Source: Vitrella brassicaformis CCMP3155 (taxonomy: Eukaryota; Protista; Chromerida). Taken from it: a stretch of 64,000 bases of DNA. The stretch's first letter is position 1. The number at the start of each line of letters is the position of its first letter. Location: NCBI GenBank assembly GCA_001179505.1, contig CDMY01000562.1:62001-126000 (forward strand), written 5' to 3'. Below are positions 39,477 to 53,261 of the stretch, in pieces. Below the pieces are notes generated by a model that ran no database searches, was not told where the DNA came from, and saw nothing but the letters and a program-made list of their open reading frames with translations. Made by a program: the position numbers and the translations under genes.

Positions 39477-41231
39477 GCATGGATGGAAGTGGTATTGCAT
39501 TCATTGCGTGTGCATGAGCAATTTTGCCTCGATCTGATCGATCTACACTGACTGACACCTACCTGCGAGAGAAATGTTTGCATGTGGACTTGTCCGTCCG
39601 TGTGAGGTGAGACTGGAAACCAACGAACCGTGAGGTGACGTGACGTAAGGAGAATTCATTCCACGTACGATGATGCGCGCATCATCAATTGTCAAGCCAC
39701 CGATGGCATGCACAGCACACGGGCGGGACAGGACGGCTGGCTGTCATGGTGCATGGGGCCGTGTTTGTTGTGCGTGTGCCTGCCTGCCTGCCTGCCTGCC
39801 TGCTGGGTCTGTGGGCTCTGCTCTGCTCTGCCGGCGGTGTGTGAGCGCGCGCCATGCGATAGCTGATACCATGACACACCGCACCCTCATCTACCCATCC
39901 GTCATTCTCCAATACCCACCACTGAGAACCAACACACTAAAATCGACTTGACTCCCACAGGCACAAGACACATGCACACACACATACACACACACACACA
40001 CACATCAAGACTTACCCACACACGCACACACCATACACCATACGCCACACGCACGCGCACCTGTGTATGCCAAGGCCGCTGCAGGAAGGCATCCCACATT
40101 CTCTCTCCCTCCCTCCCTCCCTGACTCCCTCCCTGACTCCCCCGGTCGGTGTCGCTATAGAGGCAGACAGACAGGCAAAGAGGGGGGCACATCAGCAGCA
40201 GCAGTAGCAGCATCAGCATCGCTCGCTCTTAAAGCCCACGCACCACCCAGCCACACACCCACCCACCTATCTCTCAATCTATCTGTCGCGCACGAACGAA
40301 TGGGATGGATGGACGGACGGATGGAAGGAGGGATGCATCGCCGTCCAGCACAGCGAGCGACCCATCGACTGCCTGTCGCCGGCGAAAAAATATGTAGACA
40401 GAGGGGCGAGCGAACAGAGATCTTGGTGGGTGGGGTCCGTCCGTGTGGGACGGACGGACGGACGGCGGGTGTGTGCACACTCACGCAGCGCAGAGAGGGG
40501 GGGCGAGAGATCGATGCACATGCACACGCCGCGGGGGGGTGGGGGCGGGGGGGTGAAAAAAAGAGCGAGGGAGTACCAGGCCAGGTGGCGTGTGTGCTGT
40601 GCGCTGCCCCCTTGCTTGCCCACCCAGACAGACAGACGTACACACCACACATGACACATGAGTGAGAAGTAGGGAGGGAGGGAGGGAGGGAGGGAATTCA
40701 AAACGTCAAGCATCAGTGGCAGGCTGGCAGGCAAGGCGAGAGGGAGGGAGAGAGAGAGACCGACCGATGCGATATGATGGGCGGGTGGGTATAGAAATGT
40801 AAAGACCGCTGACAGACAGACAGACAGACATAGAGGTCAACAGGACACGCACCCACATGACATGCACTCACTGCAGCAGACAGACACGAACGAACGAAGG
40901 GGTTGGTTAAAACGGCGCACTCATGAATGCACTCACTCATCAATCACTCACTCAGTCACTCACTGCATGCGCCTCGCTGGCTGGCTGGCTGCCTGCCTGT
41001 GTGTGTGGACACGACACACACTTGACAGACAGACAGACAGACAGACAGAGGGAGGGACGGACGGACGGACGGGTGGGTATGATATGTAAGGATGGATGGA
41101 TGTCTGCGCGTATGCACTGGCTCACAGGCCGGCTGGCTGGCTGGCTGGCTGATAAATGCGACGGACAGACAGACAGACAGACAGACACTGCTATATGTGG
41201 CGCATGCAGATAGAGATGTGTGTCTGTGTGG

Positions 41232-41330
41232 TTAGAGCTGCTTCCGCATGTCCGCCCGGAGACCCTCGGGGATCACCGAACAGTCAGGGTCACACCCTGC
41301 GCACACAGACACAGACACATACACACATCC

Positions 41331-41369
<39 letters not shown>

Positions 41370-44219
41370 TGTGTGTGCGCGTGTGTGTGTCTCACTCACT
41401 GTCGAGTGCCGGGAGAAGGTCATCCTCTACGATGCTGGGCAGCTTTGGTGCGTCCACCTTGATCTCATCGAAGCTCTCCACAAACGTGACGCGCACACTG
41501 TGACATACCACATACACACATACACACACACACACACACACAATCCACACACGACACAGGCCATAAGGGTCCATCCATCCACCAGTCGCCCATCCATCGC
41601 ACGTACCTATTCTGCAGTGTCTCTGCGTCGATGGCCTTGCCCTTTGCGCACTCGACGAGCGCCTGGAAGCACAGCGGCCGGGCATCCACCTGGTTCTGCC
41701 GAATCTCGTCAATGATGGCGTACAGCACCTCACACAACACCTCCTGTCCAGGACACACACACACACAGCACCATGGTGTGTAGGGGTGTGTGTGTGTGTG
41801 TGTTTGGGAGAACACACCTCCTGTTGGTCCGAGGGGATCAGCAGTTCCTCGAAGGCCAGCACGCATTCCGACACGGTGTGTGTGGCGCACAGGTCCATCA
41901 TGGCCTCCTTCGCCCGACGCTTCCGCCGAGCAGCCACCTCCTGCGCACACACACACACACACACACAGAGAGAGACAGAACACAATACACCTACCCCTAT
42001 CGCCCGCTGGTCGCCACTGGTCACCTCTGGATCGAGTGTGTGGGCTCCAGATGGTGTCGTCAGCGATGGGTGCTGGTGTTGGTGTCCCTCCGTCACGGGC
42101 ACGATGCTCATGTGTTTGGGCGAGCTGTCGGGGCTGACGCCGGGCGAGGGGCCAGGCGATGAGCGGACGCCCAGTGAAGAGCCCACAGACACCGCCGATA
42201 TGCCGCGCTGGCCGATCCATCCATCCATCCATCCATCGGACAAGGAAGAGAAGGAGGGAGAGAGAGAGAGAGAGAGAGAGAAACAAGACACATGAGCCCT
42301 CTGTATGTCTGTCTGTCTGTCTGAGTCGGTCATCCCATCCATCCAGCCATCTATCTATCTCATCTGCCCTGCCCACCTCTAGAGTGCTGGTATGTGGAGA
42401 GGGCGTCTCGCTGTTCTCCTCCCCCCTGTCCCTCTCCGGCTGCCTGTTCCGCCGGTCCCGCTCCCTCTCTCGGTCACGCCGCCTCTCCCTCTTCTCAGGA
42501 CCCATGGTAATGACACGCCGGGAGGTCACCACACCGCCGCCCCCGACACCGCCCGACGACCCCTGTCGGCCAGCAGAGGCGCTGGGGCCCAGAGGTGGCA
42601 GGGGGGAGGTGACGGAGCGGCTCAGCGAGGTCAGGGAAGTGTCGTCCCGCCCAGCTCGGACGGCCGGGGGCCTGCCTTTGTGGGCGACGGTCTGCCACTC
42701 GCTGCCGTCGTTGGTGGTGGTGGTGGTGTTGTTGGGCGACTCGGAGGGGCTGGGGGGTGGCGCTGATGCGTCAGAAGGATTGCCACGGAGGTCCTGAAGT
42801 GTGTGTGCAGAGACAGCACAGAGCCAGGGCCAGAGGGAGAGAGGGGCGATTGGGATGGGATGGGGCAGTAGTAGGGCTGGGGGGCGTGGGTGAGTGGATG
42901 GGTGGGTGGGTGATTGGGTGGTCGTACGGTGTTTGTCTTGCTGAGTTTGATTTGTCCCTTCTCGGAAGCGAATTTCTTGTAGACGTCTGAGATCTTCTCG
43001 GGCCCCTGCTGCTTGTTGGGCTTCTGGTCCTCCCATGAGGACGACCGAAGATCCAACACATCCTACCGACAGACAGACACACAGACACAAAGACACCCAC
43101 ACCCACACAGACAGACAGACAGATGAGTGAGTGAGTGAATGGGACAAAGCAGCTTGCTTGGCGTGTGTGTGTGTGTGGTGAGGGTACCTTACCTTCATGA
43201 GGCACTTGATTCTGACGCTAGTGGAATCGTCGCTGGCCTTCTTGTCCAGCTTCTTGAACACGTCATCGAAGTCGCGGTACTTGGCCCACTGAACCATCCA
43301 TCCATCCATCTGTCTGTCTGTCTGTCTGTCCGTGTGTGTGTGTGTGTGTCTGTGTGTGTGTCAGCACAGCGAGCGCACCTGCTGGGTGTCGAAGGACGGC
43401 CCCACCACCTTGAGGAACGCGCAGAGGGTCTCCTGCACACACCACACCACACGACACAATGTATCCATCACACATGGCCACACCCAGGTATGTGTGTGTG
43501 CGTACGAGCTGCGCGTCTCCGCCGGCCTGCCACAGCTCGTCCACAATCGTGAAGATGATCTTGGCCGGACACAGCCGCAACACCAGCAGGTTGCCTACAC
43601 ACACACACACAATCCAATCCAATCCAATCCAATCCCATCCCACGCGACAAGGCCTGGCCTCTGATGCTGATGCGATGCGTGTGTGTGTGTCGTCGGATGA
43701 CTGACTGACTGACGTACCGACGAACTTCATGTTTCCGAGCATTTTGTTCTTGTACTTGAAGTAGGCCTCCATGTACTCGTCGCCAGTGAGGTCCTTGAGG
43801 CCCTCGGGCTCCTTCAGATACTCGTCGAACGACTCCTGGCAACGCGTCAGCAACAGCCTGCCAGGGCCAACGACAACACAATCCAATACAATACAATACA
43901 ATACATGTGTGTGGGTGTGGGTGTGTGTGTGGGTCGCTGTTTGTCTGTGTGCCTTTTGAAATGTCCGTCTCCCTTTTCGCCGATGCCGAGTTTGGACGAG
44001 AGGTCCTCGTTGAGCTTCTTGCACAGGTCGGAATACATCTACACACACAACAACACAACACAACACAACACACACACATACGCGGCCTTGCCCGTGTGGT
44101 GTAGTGTGGTGTGTCCCTCTGTCTGTCCTGTCCGTCTCACCCCGATGAAGTGGTGCTGCGTGGTGGCCTTCTCGAACACCATCCGCATTAGGCCCTCCAC
44201 CTGCACACACACACAGACA

Positions 44220-44250
<31 letters not shown>

Positions 44251-44762
44251 GGAGAGAGATTGGTGTGTGTGTGTGTGTGTCAAGTGTCGGGCACAACAAA
44301 TCTACCTCTTCGAGTGCGGTGATGCCGGCGGTGAGCATCTGTTGGTAGAGGCGCTCGAACTTCTCGATGGTGAGCTTGTTGAGCAGACCCTTCAGCACAC
44401 GCATCACCTGCTCAGACTTGGACCTGCTCACACACACACACACACACACACATGGGATGGGGCACCATAGAGCAGGGCAGGGCAGGGGGGACTGTGTGCG
44501 AGCTGAGCTGGTGGGTGTGAGTGCGTTGATGCGGTGCGCACCCTTCCTCCTTGGCTTTCCTCTGCTTGATGATCCAGGAGTCCTCACTCGGCTTCGCCTC
44601 GGGCGGCGGGGATGCATCTGAAGGACGACAGACAGACAGACCCAGGCAGGATGCACACAATGAAAGGACACCCATCCATCCTTGTCTGTGCCCCGCACGC
44701 ACCTCTGAGGTTCGACCAGCGGTCACGCGCATCACGCCCACGACCGCCACGCTGCGGGGACA

Positions 44763-44798
<36 letters not shown>

Positions 44799-47700
44799 CT
44801 GACTGACTGACGATCCATCCATCCTTTACACGTGGCTCGCCCGACTCACTCACCTCGGTGTCCCTCTGGCCTCTGACGCTCTCCCTCTCCCGCTCTCTCT
44901 CCTTATCCCTCTCTCTGTCCCTCTCTCTATCCCTCTCGCGGTCGCGGTCCATCCGATCGCGATCCCACATGGCGTTCTCACGCTAAACAAAGACATAAAT
45001 GAATGCACCAGCCAGCCAGCCAGCCAGCCAGCCAGGGACAGACAGAGGGAATCAACCACGCACAAGATAACACACAAGACGTGGGGCAGGTGAGTCCTTT
45101 CTGACTGTCTCGGTCACTTTACTGACGTCGTCTCTATTCCTGCCGCCGCCGAAGCGTCCGATGTCCATCTTGCCGAACCCCCCGCCGCCCCCGCCCCCCG
45201 GGCGCAGCGAGCGCTTCGTGGGCTGCCGGTCGTCGGGCTGCTCCTCTACTGCGGGGGCTGAGAACACATGGATGGATGGATGGATGGAGGGAGGGAGGGA
45301 GGGAGGGAGGGATGGGACACACACGTGGGTGTGGAGTGGTGGGTGTGCGTATGTGTGTGTGTGATGTGTGTTTGTCGTTTGCGGACCGTTCTTGATTGAG
45401 CAGTACTTGGCAATGACATCGGTGAATTGGGGCGAAACCTGACACTCAGCCTGCACACAGACACACACACAGACAGACACACAGACAGACACACAGACAG
45501 ACACACAGACAGGCAGGCAGACAGGCAACATGATGCACGCGGACGGACATACGACGCGAGGCACGCACCTTGTTCCTGAGTGACATCATGAAGTCGATGG
45601 AGTAGGTGAGAACCGACGGCTCAGCGGCCTTCTTGGCGGCAACCGCCGCGGGGGCCACCGCGGCAGGCGAGCTGGAGCTGCTGAACACGCACACAACGAC
45701 ACACATGATGAATTGATTAGGTAGGTGATCGAGCGCATGCCTTCATTCTTCCGCCACACCGACCCACCCACCCACCTCTCTGTGTGTTCTGGTGGAGGTG
45801 CAGATGCAGGCTGCTCATTGCTCTCCTCCTCTGCAGCAGCAGCCACCACCATGCCGGTCTCCCTCTCCCCTCTCTCCTCGTGAAGCCCCAGCTCACCACC
45901 TTTACTCTCCTCCTCGTCCCCCTCCCCCTCCACACTCTTCAGACTGCCCTCGGCCGCCACCGGCTCATGGTCAAAGGTCTGCAGGCCGAGGTCCTCGGGC
46001 ACCTTCTCGTACTCAGCCTCTTCCAGGATGGTGTCCACCGCCGCACTCACGCCGGAGGGCAGCACCGGCAGCACGGCCTGCGACACGGGCGACTTGCCCA
46101 CCTTGTGCCACGATTCGGACGGAGAGGGCGTCTCCCCCGCCGCCTTGATGCTGCCGCCGTCTGTGTCGACTGCTATGGGTGGTCCCGACGCCGACGCGGC
46201 CGGGGCGGGCTCCGGCGACTCGGTATCATCTCCTTGGCTGAGCTTGTCGTCGAGGGCATCCTCACCAGCTGGCGCTGGGGCCTCCGGCTGATCTGCCTGC
46301 TTGTCGGGTGTCTTCTGGTCCTCCGCCGCCTGGATGCCTGGCTGTCGATCAGTCGACGGAGTCTCCTTCTCAACGACGGCGGGCTTGGCATCCTCCTCCT
46401 CCTCCACGCCGACCGCCTCCTTTGGCGTAGCCTCCTTTTTTTCAGTGGGGGATTGTGGTGCGTCAAGCGGCTTGTTCCGCTCCTTCTCCTGGTCGCTCTC
46501 CTTCCCCTCCTCGGCAAAGTCAGAATCGCCGACAGCGTCGGCAACTGGCTCGCCCACAGGCTTCGCGGCCCCACCGGGAAGTGTGGCTGCAGCCTCACCA
46601 CCACCACCACCAGTACTCTCTGTCTCCTCCTCTCTCTCGTCCGCCGCCTCCTTGGCCGCAGAATGCGGCTCTGCAATAGCAGCGGCAGCAGCAGGGCCCG
46701 TTGCTGGTGGCGTCACGAGGGGCTTCTTGCCGCTCTGCGGGGACGTCCTCTGCTGGCCCGAAGCGGCAGCCGCGGCAGCAGCGTCAGCCGCTGCCTTTTG
46801 CTGCGTCAAGACCTCAGCGAAGGTCTGTCTTTTGCCGGCAGACACGCTCGCCGCAGCGCCCCCGCCCCACACGCTCCCCGCTGGGACGCGCGGAGCCGGC
46901 ACATGCTCGTCCACCACTGGTGGTGGTGAGGGCGAGGGCACCGCAGGGTCGACGGGAGCTGGTGTCTGCTGGGGCTGGGGGACGACGGGCGCCTTCTGTG
47001 GTGCGGGTACCGGTGTAGGTGTAGGTGTGACGGCAGCAGGCTTCTTCGCAGCAGCTGTTTCCTTTGCCGCTGCCTCCTTGTCGTTCGCCGCCTCAGCAGC
47101 CGGCTCCTTCGGCACAGTTTCCTCTTTCTCCTGTGCCTTTTTGTCCTCGGCCGTGTCCTTGTCCTTGCCTTGCCCCTCCTCGGGCACCGTCTTGTGTGCA
47201 GTGGCTGCGGTGGCGACGGCCGCCACAGCCGTCGTCGACTGGCCGCCGATGGCATTAGTGGCCGGGGTGAGAGTGGGCGGCGTCAGAGATGGCGTGGTCG
47301 ACGTGGTGGTGGTGGTGGCCGTGCGGCTGCTGGTGGAGGGAGCCACTGGGTGTGGCTGTGTGGAACTAACGAGCGGCCGTGAAGCAGATGAGGGCGAGGC
47401 CTCTGCACTGGAGGAGGGCGAGCTTTTGCTGGTCTGCGCGACGACGACTGCGGCGGGCAGCCTCGGGGCAGCAGCACCAGCTGGGGGCTTGGACGGCACC
47501 ACTAAAGGGAAGGAGGGAGGGAGGGAGGGACAGACAAACACACACACACAGCGCACAGCACAGACAGGAGTGGTGTTTGGCTGGCTGGCTGGCTGCACAC
47601 AGGCTGCTTGCTGTTCTTTCACTCACTTTGTTTGACGGGTTTGGTGGCTGGCGAGGCCTTCTTGGGCGCATCTGCACCTGCACACAGACCCAGACACACA

Positions 47701-50700
47701 GACACACAGACAGACAGACAGACAGGGAGAAAAACACAATGAATGCACTTCGGTGTCAGTCAGTCATGTCACATCGACAGCGTGGGTGCATTGCATCCAT
47801 GACATCGTCACGACAACATGGCAGCTCCGTCCGTACGTACGACCCCTTACACCACTCCCAACGAGCTCGCTATCTACCGACCGGTGCAGTGAGGGCAATA
47901 CGGTGCGCGTGCGTGTAGGTGTGACGTACGTGACCCCTACTAGCGCTATGGCCCCACCCCCTACTAAAAGATCGTCTGCCTCCCTCCTCCGTCCCTCGTC
48001 CCTCCGTCCCTCCCTCCCTACCTCCTCCGCGTGTGTCAGCAGCATGCTCTTGAGCAGCGGTCTTGGCCCCACGGAGGAAGAACGCTGCAAGAGGGTGGAT
48101 GGCATGAAATGACATGAAATGACATGAGATGACTGACGTGTGTGTGTGCGTGATCATGATGGGTCGGTAGGTATCATGTCATGTAGCAGCCAGCCAGACC
48201 AGGTACGTACGTACGTACTTCTGGTCTGTTAGTACTACGTAGCAGCAGCATGTACAACGAAAGGAAAGGCTAGGCACCTACGCTGGCTGGCTGGCTGCTT
48301 GCCTGTCTGTCTGTCTGCCTATGGGGCGTGTGTCTCGAGACACACCGCCCAACATACTCTCGGCTATGGCTGGCTGGCTGGCTGGCTGTGCGTGTGTGTG
48401 TGTCTTACGTGTCATGGTTGACTTGAGCCTCTCCGCCCACGACATGCTCTTCTTCTCCTCAGGCGCCGCTGGGGCGGGCGCTGGTGGTGGTGATGCAGAT
48501 GCTGCCGTAGCTGGTGGCTCCTCCACTGCTGCTGGTGCTGGTGCTGGTGGTGCCTCTCGCTCGTGCCCCCCACCCGCAGCATCAGCAGCCAGCTCCGGCA
48601 CGGATGAGCCGCGGAGAGAGACATCATCCTTCTTGGCCACCTCAGCTGCCGCCGGTGGTGCAGCGCCCTCACCGTCGCCGTCGGCCGCCGCCGTCTCACC
48701 CTCCTTCTCCTCCGTGAGTGCCTCCTCATCTGGTGCGGGCAGCGCCTCTTGCGAGACATCCTCACGCCCCTCTTTGGCCACGTCCTCTGCACGCTGCTCT
48801 TGATCTCGATCACCCTCTTCGTCTTTCTCTTGCCTCTTGGCGACAGCAGGGGCAACGTCAACCGCTACTGGCTGCCTTTCTTCCGGAGCTGGCAACTCGG
48901 GCGGCACCACTGGCTTGGGCTCGGCCGCAGTGGCCTCCTGGGCGGCTGGGGGCGTGGGAGTGAGTGACGGCGGCTCGACAGTAGCAGGGGCCTCCGCTTT
49001 CACGATGGGCTTCTTCTCCTCCTCCTCCTCGTCTGCTGCTGGTGGGGCTGCTGGTGGGGCTGGTGGTGGTGGCGGGGACTCCTTGAGAGTGTCGTCAGCT
49101 GACGGTGGCTCCTCAGATGTCTTGGGGAGGAGCCGTCGGGGGGCCTCAGACATGACAGAGACCACCTCTACGTCCTCTACAGAGATCACGGATAGGTCCG
49201 CTGGACCTATGAGCTGCACCCCAGCCACAGGAGTCGTCTTGGCCTCCTTAGGCTCCTCGACCTCCTTGACCTCCTTGACCTCCTTGACCTCCTTGACCTC
49301 CTTGACCTCTTTGACCTCTTTGACGTCCCTGACGTCGCTCCTTGACAGCGGCATGAGCCGCCTGGTGGGTGAAGCGACGGGCAGCACAGCTCCCTCGAGC
49401 GTCAGGGGGGCCGCAGATGCAGATGCAGGTGCAGCTCTGGCGTGCACCTGCCCACCATCGTCCCTGTCCGCCACGCCCTCTCCGTCGACACTCGGCCCCC
49501 CGTCGGTGCCGGTGGTGGTGCTCTTCTCCCTCTCCGTCTCGGCACCGTCCAGACAGGACGCCAGCGACGTTGCAGGCGTGCCGGTGCGGCCTGAGTCGTC
49601 CGATGCACCCGAGGGCTTGGGGTGGGGCGCCCCCTGCTGCTGCTGCTGCTGCTGGTGGTGGGGGTGGTGGTTGGGGGGGAGAGGGGCAGTGGGTTGTGAT
49701 TGTGCGCTGGCGGTTGACGGAGGGGTGGGGCTGGGCCGCGGCATGATCTTCTTGGGCGTGGGGGGCGCCTGACCCGATATCGGCTGATGGAGAAAAGGAG
49801 ACACAACAGAGCCACGTGTGGTTGCAGGGAGGGAGGGACATGTCGCCACACTCAGCTCACTCTCTCCTCTCACCTTGGGTAGTGTGGTAGACGGCGCTGC
49901 CCCTGCCCCTGCCGGGCCCTCCTTGACGACGCTGCCCTTCACCGTGTCGCTATACGACTTGCCTGCATCCAATGAACAAACATACAAAAACACACACACA
50001 CAGCAAACACAATCACAGTGTGTCGTCACGCATGCCCATGCATGGCAACACACCGTCTTCTCTCTCCTCCCGTCCACGTACCAGTCGTCGGGCCCGTCTG
50101 GCCTGTGGCGTTGGTCTTGGGCGGTGGCGGTGGTGGTGGTGGCGGGGGAGGTGGTGGCGGCTGGCTGGGCGGGGTCATCTGCTGCTGGGGCGATGGAGAT
50201 GTCTTGGGGTGGCCGGCCACCGATGGCGACGGGGTGCGCAGTGGCGGGCCCGCCGGGCTGGCCTGGTGGGACGACGGATGCACGCCGGGGGCGCCACTGT
50301 TCTTGGGCGACGCACCGCTCAGGCCGCGACCACGACCGCCACGGCCTCCACGACCACCACCTGATTGGTGGGCAAATCGGATCGGATCACAAACAGCACA
50401 AACAGCAAGGGGCGTCTTCTGTCTGTCTGTCTGTCTGTATGCGAGTGGCTAGCTGACTGCCTGGCATACCTACCTCTGTATTGTCCGTCGTGTGATCTCC
50501 TCTGTGAAAAATGGCCCGGCCCTCCTGGGTGTGCGCCTGGCCCTCCAACGGGACCCGAGTAGTGCCCGCTGGGGGTGGGGGTGTAGTGTGCACCCCCACC
50601 GCCACCGCCGCCGTGGTGTTGTGTGTGGGGGTGTGAAAAATCCGACGACTGGCCGCTCTTGGTCGAGGGGGGAAGGTGAGACATGGACGATGAACCGCCG

Positions 50701-51798
50701 CCATATCGACCTGCCATGGATATGACGGCCAGACCACACCACAGTCGAGTCGGTACTCTCTGTGTGCTCTTCTGATAAGCCTGTGAGTGAAGTGGGTGAA
50801 TGTGCGTCTGTCTAGTCTACCGACCGACCTCTGTCATGTGTGCCCATTCCCATCGGCCCTCCCGGCATGCCGTGACGCATGCCCCCATAGCCGCCTCGCG
50901 CCCCCACCATGCTGGCGGCGGCGTACGCCGCATCCAAATCGTAGGCAGACGAGCCTCTCATCTGGTTATACTGGAAGGGGTAGCCACCTCCCCCTCCCCC
51001 TCCCCCTGCCCCTCTCCCGCCACCTTGGCCATAGCCCGAGTAGCGAGGATGGTTGATGCCCCGGCTGCTGCCCATGGGAGGCGCATGGGGCATCGGCGAG
51101 GCCGCCGCTGGCGCGTGTGTGGGGTGGTGCATCGGGTGCATGCCGTTCATGGCGGGCATGTTCATGTTGATGTTCATGCTCATGTTCTGCATGGCCGCGG
51201 CCGTCCAGTAGGGGTGGCCCGACGGGTACTGGGGGTGGGGGTACTGGCTGTGGGGGTACATTCCCATCTGACCCGTCGACGCAGGAGGGCCTTGATAAGT
51301 CGCTGACACACACGAACGGACAGACAACACACGCGCAGGCACGGACATCGATTCAGTGCCGCTTCGGTCGAGAGTAAGTGTGCGTGTCCTTCTGGGCGTG
51401 GCGTACTGCTCGCCATGCCGAGGCGCCCAGTTCGCGCCGAAAAATCCGGGATGAACTCGGAGGAATTGGGATCGAACTGCACAGACACACAGACAGACAC
51501 AAACCATCACAGAAACAGCGCCGCGCCTCGCTTATTTGTGCGCCATCCAGCCATCCATCCATATGTGAGTGCTGTGCATCATCAATCGTGGTTCATTGGC
51601 CCACCTGGAAGTTGCCGCTGTTCTGGCGGCTCTGTGGGTGGTGGCCCTCGCGCCCACCCTGCCCACCGCCCGTCAGCGACTTGACACCACACACACACAC
51701 ACACACACACGGGGGACACCGAATGACAGCCGCGATACTGAGATCTGTGGCCCTTGGCTCACCTTGCTGCTGGGCACGTATGGCTGCGGTCCACTCAT
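41232..51798 (-). CDS. EIF4G: Translation initiation factor eIF4G-like protein: very long low-complexity N-terminus, eIF4E-binding-like motif, MIF4G and MA3 domains; many exons
   Basis: MIF4G: VLKGLLNKLTIEKFERL, MVFEKATTQHHF...MYSDLCKKL, LLTRCQESF, KNKMLGNMKFVGNLL, ETLCAFLKVVGPSFD, RIKCLMKDVLDLRSSSW. MA3-like: AKEAMMDLCATHTVSECVLAFEEL...ESFDEIKVDAPK. YSIDFMMSL occurs near 45600. Middle-exon joins are partly inferred. Confidence 0.87.
49253..49333 (-). repeat. 9-bp coding tandem repeat (gtcaaggag/gtcaaagag)x7 plus degenerate copies, encoding (VKE)n in eIF4G
   Basis: Read directly as ctccttgac units on the + strand, inside the 599-aa ORF. Confidence 0.9.
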
Positions 51799-52262
51799 AC
51801 TCACTCACTCGTTCAGACCACAATCAACCAACCAACAGATAAGGAACCAACGATAACACCACACCACCCGCCAGCCAGCCAACACCACCAACCAACCAAA
51901 CGAGGCGATTCAACTCAGCAGTGAGCCAACCGGCGCAGGAACGCTGCTGTCCCGCTACTGCTGTCCAAAACTGGTGTCCTGCTGCTGGGGATCTTCACAG
52001 AAAGCAGGCTCCCGGCGGTCCGCCTACCGCCATCGAAACCAACAAGATCTGGCGATACTGCTTCTCTTGACGAGGGACGCCCGCCTCGAAGTGCCTCCCG
52101 TCCTCTGAACTCCCCACGAGGAACCGTCGCTTCGCGAGCTTTGAGCTCGCCTTTCTGCCCATGTTGATTCCTCAAATCTGACCAGTCCGGTGTAAGCCCT
52201 CCTCTCTGCCAAACACTCCTCCTTCTCCGCTGCACCAGCTGTATGTATTATATATACGGGTC

Positions 52263-53038
52263 ATGTTCCGGACGCGCCCGCTGCTGGTGCGGCGAATGTT
52301 CCTCCCATACTACAGGTCAGGTAGCCAGCTACACACGTGCCGCAGATTCCATGTAGCTAGCGCAAACATTGGCATGATGATTTGAGGGGTGTGTGTGTGT
52401 GTGTGTGTCGGTCTGTCTATGTGTGTGCATTGTTGATTGGGGTGCAGCAAGAAGAACGGGCCGCCTGTGATAAGGAACCAGATCCAGGGCGTCAGGCGGC
52501 ACCGCTTCCTCAGGATGGTCGCATGCAACATCAGAGGTGAGAAAGGCGGGAGGGAGGGAGGGAGGGCGGGAGGGCGGGAGGTGGAGAGTCAGTCAGTGTG
52601 TGCGTGTCGATTCTTTGGCTCCCCCCTGTACGTCCGTCCGTCCACTCATCAATCATTGCAGACAAGCGTGACGGCAAGCACATGGAGGTGCTGGGCACTC
52701 ACATCATCCAGAAGAAAGATCTCTCACAGGAGCTGCGCCTCCGGTTCTCGCGCGTCAAGTTCTGGCTGGGCGTCAACGCCCACCTGACCAAGTCGGCCGC
52801 CCGAATGCTCGGCATGGCGGGCCTCATCCCACCCCTACCGCCCCGGTTCGGCCGCCGCACCTATGGCCACTTTGCCTACCTGGCTGAGGTGGAGCAGCAG
52901 TGGGCCAAGGAGCGGCACAGCGTGCTGCAGGACTACTACGTCCACCCCAGGACGGTCGAGAGGGTGCGGGAGAGGGTTGTGGGGGAGGATGGCGGGGAGA
53001 AGGATGTCCAGAGGGAAACCATTAGGCTGCCGCGGTAG
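52263..53038 (+). CDS. MRPS16: Mitochondrial ribosomal protein bS16m; 3 exons
   Basis: MFRTRPLLVRRMFLPYYS|KKNGPPVIR...RFLRMVACNIR|DKRDGKHMEVLG...LRFSRVKFWLGVNAHLT...AGLIPP follows the S16 pattern (RDGK.IE.LG, R..YWL..GA). Confidence 0.87.
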
Positions 53039-53261
53039 AGAGATGAGATAGATTGATGACACGCGTTTTTCGTACGTCGGCATCCTCGATAATAGCGCAC
53101 AGACAGACAGACAGACAGACAGACAGATCGATGGACGGATGTCGTTGACGAACTGAATCCCGTGATTCGATGCTGCAACTTTACAGCGGTCTGCCCCAAA
53201 CGGCTGAACCTGAACGCTGTACAACCATCGTCTGCCTTTTTCGGCTGCTCAATCAGGAGAG

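Noticed and set aside
39081-39583. ORFs spanning poly-X
   Set aside because: Artefacts of the 300-N gap and the adjacent poly-G run.
49253-49333. Regular short repeat array superficially like a CRISPR array
   Set aside because: No spacers; it is a 9-bp coding tandem repeat (VKE)n in a eukaryotic gene.
45784-49772. Long + strand ORFs (381, 444 and 311 aa)
   Set aside because: Antisense shadows of the GC-rich, low-complexity eIF4G exons.
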